Positions 18,698-28,144 of a DNA stretch of 64,000 nt are shown here, one piece after another. Below the pieces are notes generated by a model, which made no database searches, was not told the DNA's origin, and saw nothing but the letters and a program-made list of their open reading frames with translations. The position numbers and the translations under genes are program-made. Source of the stretch: Phycisphaerales bacterium (GTDB lineage: Bacteria; Planctomycetota; Phycisphaerae; Phycisphaerales; SM1A02); NCBI GenBank assembly GCA_022446965.1, contig JAKVBV010000011.1:1335-65334 (forward strand). The letters are read 5' to 3'. Each line of letters opens with the position of its first letter. Position 1 is the first letter of the stretch.

Positions 18698-19207
18698 TCA
18701 AGGGGTGTGTTGGGCGCGATCCAACAACGTCCGCACATCGAGTGTGAACTTGTCCCCGCGCTTCATGCCGACCCGGTCGATCGTTCCGGCAGGAAATTCC
18801 GCAGCGAATCGCACCGGCACACCACTGGGATAGGACGGCATCCGGTTGAGATACGCAAACTCCGATTCCTGTTCACCCTTGGAGGGCTCCACGGTCATGC
18901 GGTGTACTGCCACGATGCGACCGAATGCATCAAGAAAGGCCAGGTCGATGTCCATCACGCACCATGCCATCCAGAACTGACGTGGCTCGGGCCGCGGGAA
19001 GACGAACAACATGCCCGTGCCTTCAGCCAGGTGGTCGCGATGCATCAGGCCCTGCTTGATCGCGTCTTCGCCGATCGCCAACTCCATCGTCCAGACGTGA
19101 TCGTCCAGTGTGATGGTCGTGTGCGTCGGTGGCGGCGTAGCGCAGCTGCACATGCACGCCGCCAGTGCGGTCAATGCGAGGACATGAATCAGTGCTCGTC
19201 GAGCCAT
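18698..19207 (-). CDS. DUF192 domain lipoprotein
   Basis: Signal/lipobox 'LALTALAACMCSC'. 'GLMHRDHLAEGTGMLFVF...FWMAWCVMDIDLAFLDAFGRIV' matches the DUF192 pattern. Confidence 0.7.
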   Translation of the reverse strand: MARRALIHVLALTALAACMCSCATPPPTHTTITLDDHVWTMELAIGEDAIKQGLMHRDHLAEGTGMLFVFPRPEPRQFWMAWCVMDIDLAFLDAFGRIVAVHRMTVEPSKGEQESEFAYLNRMPSYPSGVPVRFAAEFPAGTIDRVGMKRGDKFTLDVRTLLDRAQHTP

Positions 19208-20121
19208 GCCAGATGGGCCTCCGTGATGATGACATCCTCCTTGGGCAGACGAGCCACGTCAAAGGCCTCGGCAAACTGGGACGCAGTCATGGTGTCGGGT
19301 GCGTCGGGCAGGCCACTGATCCGGGCGAGGAATGCGATCAGGCGTTCAGACGATCGGCCTGCACACCATCGTGCAATCCGCGAGTCGCCGTGGCGTTTGG
19401 CCAGCCGGCGCCCATCAGGGCCACGGAGCAGGGGCAGATGCCACCAGCGAGGGACAGGCAGCCCAAGGCACTCGAGCACCAACTGCTGGCGGGCCGCCGA
19501 GGGCAACAGGTCGTCACCCCGAACCACGTCCGTCACGCCTTGGCGGGCGTCGTCAACCGCCACCGCCAACTGGTAGGCGGGCACGTTGCGACGGGTCCAG
19601 ACGGCAAAGTCGCCGCAATCGGCTGCGACATCGATGTGATGGTTGCCGGTGCATTCGTCGTGCACATGCACCAGCCCTGGTGGCACGCACAGTCTCCAGG
19701 TGCGATCTCGCTCAGGTGACGCGACGATATCGCCCGCGCAGGCAGGACGATCGGATGCTCGGGCGATGACCTGCTGGTCACCTTCGTTCGGGGCCGAGGC
19801 GGCCAACTCAGCACGCGTGCGGTCGCAGGGATAGATCATGCCCTTGTGGCCCAGGGTGTTCAGCGCGTCATGGCAGGGCTTGAGTTGGGTGGATTGCAGG
19901 GCCACCTCCTCATCCCAGTGCACGCCCAGCCAGTGCAATTCGTCTCGTGTGGTGTCGATCGTGTCGGGCTTCACCCTCGGATGATCGATGTCCTCGATTC
20001 GCAGAATGACCCGCCAGCCTCGCTGCTTGGCCAGTGCCCAGTTCACGAGAAACGTGCGGGCATTGCCCAGATGCAGGGCGCCGGTGGGCGACGGGGCCAG
20101 TCTCGTGGTCGCGGTGGTCAT
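19189..20121 (-). CDS. gluQ: glutamyl-Q tRNA(Asp) synthetase
   Basis: 'RLAPSPTGALHLGNARTFLVNWALAKQRGWRVILRIEDID' (truncated GluRS catalytic domain, about 310 aa, no anticodon-binding domain). ATG 20121. Confidence 0.8.
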   Translation of the reverse strand: MTTATTRLAPSPTGALHLGNARTFLVNWALAKQRGWRVILRIEDIDHPRVKPDTIDTTRDELHWLGVHWDEEVALQSTQLKPCHDALNTLGHKGMIYPCDRTRAELAASAPNEGDQQVIARASDRPACAGDIVASPERDRTWRLCVPPGLVHVHDECTGNHHIDVAADCGDFAVWTRRNVPAYQLAVAVDDARQGVTDVVRGDDLLPSAARQQLVLECLGLPVPRWWHLPLLRGPDGRRLAKRHGDSRIARWCAGRSSERLIAFLARISGLPDAPDTMTASQFAEAFDVARLPKEDVIITEAHLAWLDEH

Positions 20122-20161
20122 GGCACTGCGGGCAATGGTACGGTGAGGCCGGAGCCGAACC

Positions 20162-20479
20162 ATGACCACCGACGAACCAGCCACCGTGCAGCCGCTTTTG
20201 GATGAAGAGATCGATCAATGTCTCGCTTCACATCCCGACTGGATTCGCAGCGGCGAAGCGATTCAACGAACGTGTGCGTGTGGTGATTTTGTCGCGGCGA
20301 TGGCATTTGTCAATCGGGTGGCGACGCTGGCTGAATCGGCCTGCCACCACCCTGACATTCTCGTTCGCTACGCCAAGGTCACGCTGACTTTGTCGACGCA
20401 CGACGCCGGTGGCATCACCGAGAAGGATTTTGCGTTGGCCGCGTCGATCGATGCGTGCTTTGGTGATTCGGCCGACTGA
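20162..20479 (+). CDS. 4a-hydroxytetrahydrobiopterin (pterin-4-alpha-carbinolamine) dehydratase
   Basis: 'HHPDILVRYAKVTLTLSTHDAGGITEKDFALA' is the PCD signature. Confidence 0.85.
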   Translation: MTTDEPATVQPLLDEEIDQCLASHPDWIRSGEAIQRTCACGDFVAAMAFVNRVATLAESACHHPDILVRYAKVTLTLSTHDAGGITEKDFALAASIDACFGDSAD

Positions 20480-20490
20480 CCTGGCCCGAT

Positions 20491-21531
20491 TCAGAGGGAT
20501 AGCATCTGACGGACGAGCTCCGCGCGAACCGCTCGAGCATCGGCCGGTGACAGCGTGCCCCCGACACGATCACGCAGGTGCGCAGATTGCGTGTGCAAGA
20601 ACAACGCGTTGATGGTGTCCAGCGGGATTTCGTCGATCAGCCCAAGGCAGATGCCCAGCCGAACAGAACTCAGGCGACGCATGGCTTCGTCGGCTTTGAG
20701 TAGACGAGCAGCCCTCAGTTGGGCCAGGTCACGATGGACGCGGTCTTCCACGGCCAGTCGTTCGCGATCCATGAGCACATCACGAGCGGCACGTTCATAT
20801 CGCACGACGCCAGGAATCAGGACACGCTGGAATTGATCCAGCAATTCCTCTTCCGAGACGCCCAGTGTGCGTTGGTTGCTGATCTGGAAAAAGTTGCCGG
20901 CGGTCTCCGAGCCTTCGCCATAGTAGCCCCGCACCGCAAGATGCAGATCTTTGGCGGCCTGTCGCACCTTGGCGAATTCGCCGGTCATTCGGAGCGCGGG
21001 CAGGTGAACCATCGCCGAGAAGCGAATGCCGGTGCCCACATTGGTGGGGCAGGCACACAAGTATCCCCAGCGTTCGTGCACGGCCCAGTTGAGCCGCGTT
21101 TCCAACTCGCCGTCGAGGCGGATGAGCCGACGCAGACATCGTTCTGGTTGCAGTCCCGCGGCGATGGCGGACATGCGGATATGGTCTTCTTCATTGACCA
21201 TCACGCTCATCGTTTCGTCGTCGGCCACGGCCACGCCTCGCGGGGTGGTCGACTCGGCGAGGTGTCGTGAGATCAGATGCCGCTCCACCAGCAGTTGCTT
21301 GTCGTGGCCACTGGCCGTTTCCAGGTCGATCCAGGACAGGTTCTCGTCCAGATCACCCTGCAACAGGGCGCCGCGCAGCATGGCCGTGATGCTTCTGCTG
21401 CGGTCGGGATCACAGCGATGGGCAAAGGGCTCGCCGGTGAGATTGCGAGCCAGTCGGACACGCGAGCTCAGCACGACGTCGCTGTCGGGGACATCGGTGC
21501 GTGCCAGCGGTGGGGGGCGGTCGCTTCGCAT
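20491..21531 (-). CDS. mcsB: protein arginine kinase (ATP:guanido phosphotransferase)
   Basis: 'SSRVRLARNLTGEPF', 'VNEEDHIRM' and 'CPTNVGTGIRFSAMVHLPAL' are phosphagen-kinase/McsB motifs. Confidence 0.85.
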   Translation of the reverse strand: MRSDRPPPLARTDVPDSDVVLSSRVRLARNLTGEPFAHRCDPDRSRSITAMLRGALLQGDLDENLSWIDLETASGHDKQLLVERHLISRHLAESTTPRGVAVADDETMSVMVNEEDHIRMSAIAAGLQPERCLRRLIRLDGELETRLNWAVHERWGYLCACPTNVGTGIRFSAMVHLPALRMTGEFAKVRQAAKDLHLAVRGYYGEGSETAGNFFQISNQRTLGVSEEELLDQFQRVLIPGVVRYERAARDVLMDRERLAVEDRVHRDLAQLRAARLLKADEAMRRLSSVRLGICLGLIDEIPLDTINALFLHTQSAHLRDRVGGTLSPADARAVRAELVRQMLSL

Positions 21532-21533
21532 GG

Positions 21534-22019
21534 TCAGCCTTCGCCTCGGCTGCGCTTGGCCAGTTCATCTCGGATTGCAGCGGCGCGTTCGTACTGCTCG
21601 GCGGCCACGGCCGCTTCGAGTTCGTGCATCAGCCGCTGGGTCTCGTGTCGCCGTGAGACGTCTTCGTCATTGCCTGCAGGGCGGCGGCCCACGTGATGTG
21701 TGGCGCCGTACTGCGATTGGCCGATCAATCTTCCGATGGGCTTGTCGAAGGCGTCGTAGCAGTCGGGGCAGCCCAGCAGGCTTGACTGGCGAATCTGAGG
21801 CACGGTCGTGCCGCACGTGGGGCAACTTGGTGACTGCACCGCGGCGGACCCCACTTTGGTCGTGAACGACGCCATGGAGACATGCTTGATGTCAGCGAAT
21901 CCGTGTTCAGCAGCGTGCTCGGCACACAGGTGAATCTCACGCTTGGTGCCGTCGATGATGTGGGTGTCGTGCACCACCGCCGGTTTGTTGCACATGTCGC
22001 ACTTCACGGGATGACTCAC
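21534..22019 (-). CDS. mcsA: McsA-like activator (CxxC zinc fingers + UVR domain)
   Basis: 'CDMCNKPA...HLCAEHA' and 'CPTCGTT...CPDCYDAF'. C-terminal UVR motif 'ELEAAVAAEQYERAAAIRDEL'. Lies 2 nt upstream of mcsB. Confidence 0.7.
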   Translation of the reverse strand: MSHPVKCDMCNKPAVVHDTHIIDGTKREIHLCAEHAAEHGFADIKHVSMASFTTKVGSAAVQSPSCPTCGTTVPQIRQSSLLGCPDCYDAFDKPIGRLIGQSQYGATHHVGRRPAGNDEDVSRRHETQRLMHELEAAVAAEQYERAAAIRDELAKRSRGEG

Positions 22020-22867
22020 GCAGTGACCTGATCAGTGGCGGCGCGAATGGCGGCCACGTCGCGGATGATCGCGGCAGTCTGTTCAAGCGTCTGCACCGTG
22101 GCGCCGTCGGATCGTGCTGCGGACGGATCAGGGTGGCACTCGATGAAGAGGGCATCGACACCTGCGGCCACCGCAGCGCGGGCGAGCAGTGCAGCACGCT
22201 CAGGGCGGCCGGCGCTGCTGTTGCCACCACCGCCGGGCAGTTGCGTGCTGTGTGTGGCGTCGAAGCACACGGGCCAACCGAGATCCATCATGTCGCCCAG
22301 GCCGATGAAGTCGTTGACGAGACGGTGGTAGCCAAAGAACGTGCCCCGCTCGGTTAGCATGAGGCCGCCGGCACCAGCGTCATTCGCCTTCTGCGCGGCA
22401 TGCGTCATCTCGGCGGGAGACAGGAACTGTCCCTTCTTGATGTTCACCGGCTTGCCGGTCTCGCCGCATGCGGCCAGCAGATCTGTCTGGCGACAGAGAA
22501 ATGCGGGAATCTGCAGCAGGTCGACCTGTACCGCCACGGCGGCCGCTTGAGCAGGCTCATGCACATCGGTCGTGACGGGCACGCCGAACGCCTCGCCTGT
22601 GGCCTGCAGCAGATCAAGGCCCTTCTGCATGCCCGGCCCGCGGGGGCTGGTCAAGCTGGTGCGGTTGGCCTTGTCGAACGACCCTTTGAAGATCCACGGC
22701 AGGCCCGCGTCGGCACAGGCCTCGGCCACGTACTGGGCGATCGCCGTGTGGATGTCCGGGGTTTCCAAGACGCATGGGCCGGCGATGATCACCAGTGGGT
22801 GCCCGGTACCGATCGAGATGGATCCAATATCCAATGACATGGCCGCATTGTATGTGGCCTCAGGCAT
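22016..22867 (-). CDS. kdsA: 3-deoxy-8-phosphooctulonate (KDO-8-P) synthase
   Basis: 'LVIIAGPCVLE', 'FKGSFDKANRTS', 'VTTDVHE', 'LQIPAFLCRQTDLL' and 'FDATHS'. Confidence 0.9.
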   Translation of the reverse strand: MPEATYNAAMSLDIGSISIGTGHPLVIIAGPCVLETPDIHTAIAQYVAEACADAGLPWIFKGSFDKANRTSLTSPRGPGMQKGLDLLQATGEAFGVPVTTDVHEPAQAAAVAVQVDLLQIPAFLCRQTDLLAACGETGKPVNIKKGQFLSPAEMTHAAQKANDAGAGGLMLTERGTFFGYHRLVNDFIGLGDMMDLGWPVCFDATHSTQLPGGGGNSSAGRPERAALLARAAVAAGVDALFIECHPDPSAARSDGATVQTLEQTAAIIRDVAAIRAATDQVTA

Positions 22868-22948
22868 CGATTCGGGCTGTGCGGCCTTGATGCGGCGGGA
22901 TTTGGTCAGAACCCGGATGGATCACTTGCCTCGGGCCCGATTGGGGGG

Positions 22949-23758
22949 ATGGTGAGGATTGACCGTATGCGCCATTTGCCACGAGAACCCGAAGCTTTCT
23001 GCGAGGCCATCGCTGAAACACTGCGAAAGCAATTCGCTGACCAGAAGATTCGCATGGTCGGCCCGCTTGACGTCATGATCGGCTCGCGCCATCTGGCATT
23101 GGGCAACCTCTATCGCATGGTGCGTTGTGAGCCTGACCGCGGCCCGCAGCTGGTGAAGGACTTCCTTGACGGCCTGCAAGAAGGCGACCTTGTTGGTGAC
23201 CTCACGTTGCCGCTGTCGCTGGCTCGCGGTCGCATCATGCCTCGACTGCAATCTGCGATGATTTTCGATCGTCTCGATCCGGCCCAGGTGGCGCACAGGC
23301 CATGGGTGAACGATACCGTCATCGTATACGTGATCGATCTGCCCCGCGTCACCGTGAGCATCACCACCGAGCAGGTGATCCGCTGGGGCATTGGCATCGA
23401 TGAGATCGATGAACTGGCTCGAGCCAATCTGAGCCGATATCGCCCCGGATTGGAAGTAAAGCTTGTGGAATCGGAAGACGGCGGTCGTGCGGCCGTGATG
23501 TCCGCCCTCGATGGCTACGACGCGGCCCGCCTGCTGCTTGATGGCTTCCATGAACGATTGGCACCGCAGCTTCGTGGTGACTTTCTCGTGGCGACACCCG
23601 CTCGCGATGTGCTCGTGGCGATCAGCGCCGATCCGCCGAACTTCGTCGATCGCGTTCGGTCGCGCATTCATCGAGACTTCCGTCGCCTTCCGTATCCCAT
23701 CACGAGCGACCTGTTCCTTGTGACACGCGACGGCATCGCCGGTACACGCGCGGCCTGA
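22949..23758 (+). CDS. hypothetical protein, DUF1444-like (tentative); alternative ATG at 22967
   Basis: Coherent ORF with a C-terminal pattern 'LDGYDAARLLLDGF...FLVATPARDVLVA' reminiscent of the YtpQ/DUF1444 family. Call made by eye only. Confidence 0.5.
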   Translation: MVRIDRMRHLPREPEAFCEAIAETLRKQFADQKIRMVGPLDVMIGSRHLALGNLYRMVRCEPDRGPQLVKDFLDGLQEGDLVGDLTLPLSLARGRIMPRLQSAMIFDRLDPAQVAHRPWVNDTVIVYVIDLPRVTVSITTEQVIRWGIGIDEIDELARANLSRYRPGLEVKLVESEDGGRAAVMSALDGYDAARLLLDGFHERLAPQLRGDFLVATPARDVLVAISADPPNFVDRVRSRIHRDFRRLPYPITSDLFLVTRDGIAGTRAA

Positions 23759-23783
23759 GCGAGGGATCGCTAGGCTGCACGCC

Positions 23784-24422
23784 GTGCTGCTGCTTCTGGA
23801 CAATTACGACTCCTTCACTTGGAATCTGGTGCACCTCATCGGTGTGGTTGCTCCGGGTCTGCAGGTGGCGGTGCATCGCAATGATGCCCTCGATGTCGAC
23901 GCCATCGAAGCCATGGGGCCCGAGGCCATCGTCATCTCTCCCGGCCCGTGCACACCCACTGAAACAGGAATCTGTCGAGACGTGATCCGGGCGATGGGCG
24001 GCACCGTGCCCATGCTGGGTGTGTGTCTGGGCCATCAGGCCATGGCCGACGTGAACGGCATCGCCGTGGCTCGCCACGATCGGCCTGTGCACGGCCGCAC
24101 GTCTACCATCACACACGACGGACAGGGTGTGTTCGCCGGGCTGCCCGACCGCATTCAGGTGGCGCGGTATCACTCGCTCATCGTGCCTGCCAAGGAGATC
24201 CGCCTGCCCTTGCAGGCTAGTGCCACCACCGACGAGGGTGAGGTGATGGCGATGCGGCTGGTCGACTCAGCAGCACCGATGGTCGGCCTGCAGTTTCATC
24301 CGGAGAGTTTCCTGACGCCCACGGGCGGTCGGCTGATGGCCAACTTCCTCACCATGGCCGGTATTGAGGTGGACCAGAGCGCGATACCATGCCCCGCCGG
24401 AGTGATGCCCACCAATGAGTGA
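23784..24422 (+). CDS. trpG: anthranilate/aminodeoxychorismate synthase component II (glutamine amidotransferase)
   Basis: 'LLLLDNYDSFTWNLVHLI', 'SPGPCTP', 'LGVCLGHQ' (catalytic Cys) and 'QFHPES'. GTG start. Confidence 0.85.
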   Translation: MLLLLDNYDSFTWNLVHLIGVVAPGLQVAVHRNDALDVDAIEAMGPEAIVISPGPCTPTETGICRDVIRAMGGTVPMLGVCLGHQAMADVNGIAVARHDRPVHGRTSTITHDGQGVFAGLPDRIQVARYHSLIVPAKEIRLPLQASATTDEGEVMAMRLVDSAAPMVGLQFHPESFLTPTGGRLMANFLTMAGIEVDQSAIPCPAGVMPTNE

Positions 24423-24810
24423 CGCCTCAAGCAGATTCAACGCAGTCATCGAGTCGGTGCAGGACGACCAGGTGGTCGTGTCCGTACCTGGCAATGCCTA
24501 TCGCATTCGCCTGCAGTGGGCAGGTGACGGCACGCCCGAGGCTGGCCGTCTTCCGGCGGAGATCCACGCCCACGCGTTGCGTGTGCATCCGGCCAGCGCC
24601 GGTGGTCGGTTCATCGAGCCCGTCAATGGCGCCCCGCGCATCGTTGCGGGGACGATTGAAGCGGTCGATACACAAGCGGCGATCGTCGCCTTGCGTAGCG
24701 TGGTGCCGATGCGGGTGGCATTGGCGGATCGTGGCGATCTCGAGCAATGCACGGTGGGTGCGACGGTCAACTTCCACGTGCAGAGCGATTCCTCGCTGCA
24801 CCCGGCCTGA
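24415..24810 (+). CDS. hypothetical protein
   Basis: 131-aa ORF overlapping the trpG stop by 8 nt, with GC-rich third positions. No motif recognised. Confidence 0.5.
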   Translation: MSDASSRFNAVIESVQDDQVVVSVPGNAYRIRLQWAGDGTPEAGRLPAEIHAHALRVHPASAGGRFIEPVNGAPRIVAGTIEAVDTQAAIVALRSVVPMRVALADRGDLEQCTVGATVNFHVQSDSSLHPA

Positions 24811-24833
24811 CGTCGATACAACTCAACGCAAAC

Positions 24834-25541
24834 TTAGTTCGGTGTGGTGCGAAGGCCATCGACCATCCGTATGAATGCTGCGCGATTGGCTTCTACGGTT
24901 GCACTCGGGCCCAGCAGACGAACAATGGTCGTGGTCTTGGGGCCGTCGATGATCGCCGTGAGCTGGCGATGATCAGGGCGGTGCCAGCCACCACCCATGC
25001 CTGAATACTCGCCGGCGAGTTCCACGATGGTTACGTCCATTTCGCCGATCGTGCGATGGTTGATCGCAGGTGGGTGCGGCACCACACCTGAGCGAAACTG
25101 CTTGGACCATTCGGGCACTGTGTTGGCCACTACGGTCGCTCGGTCACGACCGGGGGCCCAGATGCTCAGGTGGGCTGGATCACTCGGAGACGAGGCGTCG
25201 GCAGGCACGACCCACGAGGCGAGCATGGCTACACCGCGCGGGGGCTGCCACTGCCATCGTTTGGAGATCGGTGCCTCCATACCCAAGAAGAGCAGGCGGC
25301 CGGGATCGACCGGTTTGTCGATCTTCAATTGCGGGGTGTCTGGCGTATCCGTGGTGGCCGGGCGGCCTTGAAGCAGATCGTCGAATACGCTCGACCCTTC
25401 GCCTGTGCCGGGGGCCACAGGGGCGGTGCCGGTGGGCTGGGACCCGTCTGTGCCACTGCCCTCTGGCGCAGGATCGCTGCAGCCGCCCAATCCGGGCAGG
25501 GTCAATACGACACACAGGCTCAAGCAGGCAAAAACACGCAT
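24834..25541 (-). CDS. hypothetical lipoprotein
   Basis: ATG 25541 gives 'MRVFACLSLCVVLTLPGLGGCSD' (signal peptide plus lipobox). No other motif recognised. Confidence 0.6.
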   Translation of the reverse strand: MRVFACLSLCVVLTLPGLGGCSDPAPEGSGTDGSQPTGTAPVAPGTGEGSSVFDDLLQGRPATTDTPDTPQLKIDKPVDPGRLLFLGMEAPISKRWQWQPPRGVAMLASWVVPADASSPSDPAHLSIWAPGRDRATVVANTVPEWSKQFRSGVVPHPPAINHRTIGEMDVTIVELAGEYSGMGGGWHRPDHRQLTAIIDGPKTTTIVRLLGPSATVEANRAAFIRMVDGLRTTPN

Positions 25542-25564
25542 CTCAGCACAGTAGCATCGGCCCG

Positions 25565-27043
25565 ATGGCTTTCGTGCTGCAGGATATTCGTCTTTGGGAT
25601 CCATCGGATCCGGGCAAAACAGCGTTGATCATCGATGGTGACCGGGTCGGTGACGGCACCAGCATGGTCAATGAGATCATCGACGGCGGTGGCTGCACGG
25701 TGACACCTGGCCTCGTGGATGCCCATGTGCACCTGGTGATGGGCGCGCAGTATCGCCGTGGCGTGGATCTGAGCGGGTGTGCCAGCAGGCAGACCTGCCT
25801 TGCGGCACTGCACGAGGCGGCAACGTCGCTTGATGCAGGCGCATGGCTCATCGGTCACGGCTGGAACGAACAGACGTGGCCCGACGCCACGCCTCCGGAC
25901 CGTACGTGGCTTGCCGAGTTTGGCGACCACCCGGTGGTGTGTTGGCGGTGCGATCTGCATGCTGCAGTGGTGAATGACGTGGTCCTTGAACACCTCGCCG
26001 ACGCGGCCTTGTCTGATGCGGCGCGCCGCACAGGCGTGCTGGTGGAAGCCGATGCCTGGGAGTGCCTGATTCCTGCCATGCCTCAACTGACGGCCGAAGA
26101 TTCGCAGGCGGCCCTCCGCGATGCAGCACAGTGGCTTGGCAGCATGGGCATCACGGCTGTACGCACGATGGAGTACCGCGACGAGCTGGAGCATGTGATC
26201 GACCCGATCGCGGTCGAATTGCCGTTGCGCATCACGGTCACCATGCTGGATCGCACCTTGCCGCTTGATCTGGCGTGGATCAAGAATCGTGCGACGGCAC
26301 TGCCTCGCGTGATCGGCTGCAAGGCATTCTTCGACGGCACTATCGGTTCGCGTACAGCGCGGATGGTGTCGCCCTATCTCGACCGCGGAAAGCACGGGCT
26401 CTGGGTTGAACTGGCCCTGCGTGATGAAGACGAGCAGTGGTGCGCGGCCGTGGTGGACGCTGGATTGACGCCGTCCATTCACGCCATCGGTGACGCTGCG
26501 GTGGCCCGTGCGATCCGGGTGCTGCAGGATGTGCCTCGCGAACTGCATGCATCCATCGAGCACGCCGAGGTCGTGCCCGGCGACGCGGCGCTGTACGACT
26601 TGATGACGTCCATGTGCCTGAGTGTGCAGCCGGTGCATCGCGCCGAAGATGCTCCGACGGTGGAGCGGTGTCTGGAGCCAGCGGCGATGAAGCGACTGTT
26701 GCCCTTGCGCCGTCTGCTGGATGACGGTGCGCCGTTGGCCTTCGGCACTGACTGGCCCGTGACGAGCGCCGATCCCATGCGCACTTTTGCCGCGGCAATC
26801 ACCGGGCGTGATGTGGATGGCCACGTGCGACATGCGCCGATCAGGAGTGACGAAGCGATGCGATGCATGACTACCGAGGCAGCGGCCATGGTGGGATTGC
26901 CGACAGGTGCGGGGCTCACGCCCGACGCCCCGGCGGACTTCGTGATCTGGGACGCCGACCCGTTGTCGTGGGACGGACACGGTGATCCGCCACGTCCACG
27001 ATCCACCTGGATCGGTGGCGTGCAGGTCTGGCCACCCACGTGA
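25565..27043 (+). CDS. amidohydrolase family (YtcJ-like metal-dependent hydrolase)
   Basis: 'TPGLVDAHVHLVMG' (HxH metal site), 'SIHAIGDAA', 'SIEHAE' and 'FGTDWPV'. ATG 25565; the track ORF is over-extended by 165 codons. Confidence 0.8.
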   Translation: MAFVLQDIRLWDPSDPGKTALIIDGDRVGDGTSMVNEIIDGGGCTVTPGLVDAHVHLVMGAQYRRGVDLSGCASRQTCLAALHEAATSLDAGAWLIGHGWNEQTWPDATPPDRTWLAEFGDHPVVCWRCDLHAAVVNDVVLEHLADAALSDAARRTGVLVEADAWECLIPAMPQLTAEDSQAALRDAAQWLGSMGITAVRTMEYRDELEHVIDPIAVELPLRITVTMLDRTLPLDLAWIKNRATALPRVIGCKAFFDGTIGSRTARMVSPYLDRGKHGLWVELALRDEDEQWCAAVVDAGLTPSIHAIGDAAVARAIRVLQDVPRELHASIEHAEVVPGDAALYDLMTSMCLSVQPVHRAEDAPTVERCLEPAAMKRLLPLRRLLDDGAPLAFGTDWPVTSADPMRTFAAAITGRDVDGHVRHAPIRSDEAMRCMTTEAAAMVGLPTGAGLTPDAPADFVIWDADPLSWDGHGDPPRPRSTWIGGVQVWPPT

Positions 27044-27057
27044 TCTATGCTGTGGGC

Positions 27058-27525
27058 ATGTCCGAATCGCTCACGCACATCGACGAACACGGCAACGCAG
27101 GCATGGTGGATGTGTCGAACAAGCCGCCCATGCGACGGACAGCGGTGGCGCAGGCCTGCTTCGTGGCGGCTCAGGACACACTCGACCGCGTGATGGATGG
27201 CGATCTGCCCAAGGGTGAAGGGCTCGGTGTGGCCCGTATCGCGGGGATTCAAGCGGCAAAATCGGTGGACCGGATGATTCCCTTGTGTCATACGCTCGGA
27301 TTGTCACACGCTGGCGTGACGTTTCATCGTCATGCGGACGATTGCATCCGCATCGAAGCGTCGGCCACGGTCGTGTCTTCGACTGGTGTGGAGATGGAAG
27401 CGCTGGCCGCCGCGACCACGGCCGCGCTCACGCTCTGGGACATGGTCAAGGCGATCGATGCCGACCTGTCCATCACGGACGTGCGCTTGTTGTCGAAAGA
27501 GAAGACGTCGCTCAACGCTGATTGA
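27058..27525 (+). CDS. moaC: cyclic pyranopterin monophosphate synthase
   Basis: 'LTHIDEHGNAGMVDVSNKPPMRRTA', 'IPLCHTL' and 'GVEMEALAAATTAALTLWDMVKA'. Confidence 0.9.
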   Translation: MSESLTHIDEHGNAGMVDVSNKPPMRRTAVAQACFVAAQDTLDRVMDGDLPKGEGLGVARIAGIQAAKSVDRMIPLCHTLGLSHAGVTFHRHADDCIRIEASATVVSSTGVEMEALAAATTAALTLWDMVKAIDADLSITDVRLLSKEKTSLNAD

Positions 27526-28144
27526 TCGCGTCGCAGAACGCGCGAATCTTGCCGTGATCCTTGGTGCCGCGGGTGGATTCCACGCCTGAACTGACATCCA
27601 CGCCCCAGGGCTTGATCGTGTCGATCACCAGCGCGACGGTGTCCGCATCAAGTCCGCCGGCGAGCACCAGCGGGGTGCGCAGTGTGGCGCGAGTCGCGGC
27701 GAAGGCCTCGTGATCGAATGCTTCGCCGCTGCCTCCGGATGGGGCATCCACCAGCAGGCGGGACACGGTGTCGTCGGCATCCAGCGCCAGCAGTCGATCG
27801 GTGTGTTCTGCAGGCACCGCCTTGACGACCGACGCGCTCGCGGCTGCAGCATGGATGACATCGTCTGGTTCGTCTCCATGAAGCTGTACCCATCGGCACG
27901 GCGGCTGCTGGAGCTGCTCGATCGTCGGGTCAACATGCAGGCAGATTGGCGTGATGGCATCCGAGCACCAGTCGATCAGCGTTCGGGCCGTGGCGACGTC
28001 GATCGCACGGGGCGACGACGGCACCAGAACCAGGCCGACAGCGTGGGCGCCTGCATCGATCGCCGCGTCGATGTCAGCCTGTGTGCGGACACCGCAGATC
28101 TTGATGCGCACCATGTCGCCGTGGGATGTTGTCCAGGCCGTCAT
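27512..28144 (-). CDS. trpF: phosphoribosylanthranilate isomerase
   Basis: 'VRIKICGVRTQADIDAAIDAGAHAVGLVL' and 'LVLAGGLDADTV'. Confidence 0.85.
   Translation of the reverse strand: MTAWTTSHGDMVRIKICGVRTQADIDAAIDAGAHAVGLVLVPSSPRAIDVATARTLIDWCSDAITPICLHVDPTIEQLQQPPCRWVQLHGDEPDDVIHAAAASASVVKAVPAEHTDRLLALDADDTVSRLLVDAPSGGSGEAFDHEAFAATRATLRTPLVLAGGLDADTVALVIDTIKPWGVDVSSGVESTRGTKDHGKIRAFCDAINQR

Noticed and set aside
25520-26980. 486-aa ORF on the minus strand, with similar long antisense ORFs at 793-1677, 32841-33830, 33727-34563, 55869-57218, 58067-59287 and 61861-63324
   Set aside because: Each lies entirely antisense to a gene with clear family motifs (amidohydrolase, rseP, protease, nitrilase, FG-GAP/UnbV, cytochrome). 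Their translations are Arg/His/Gly-rich with no motifs. Such shadow ORFs are expected in ~65% GC DNA.
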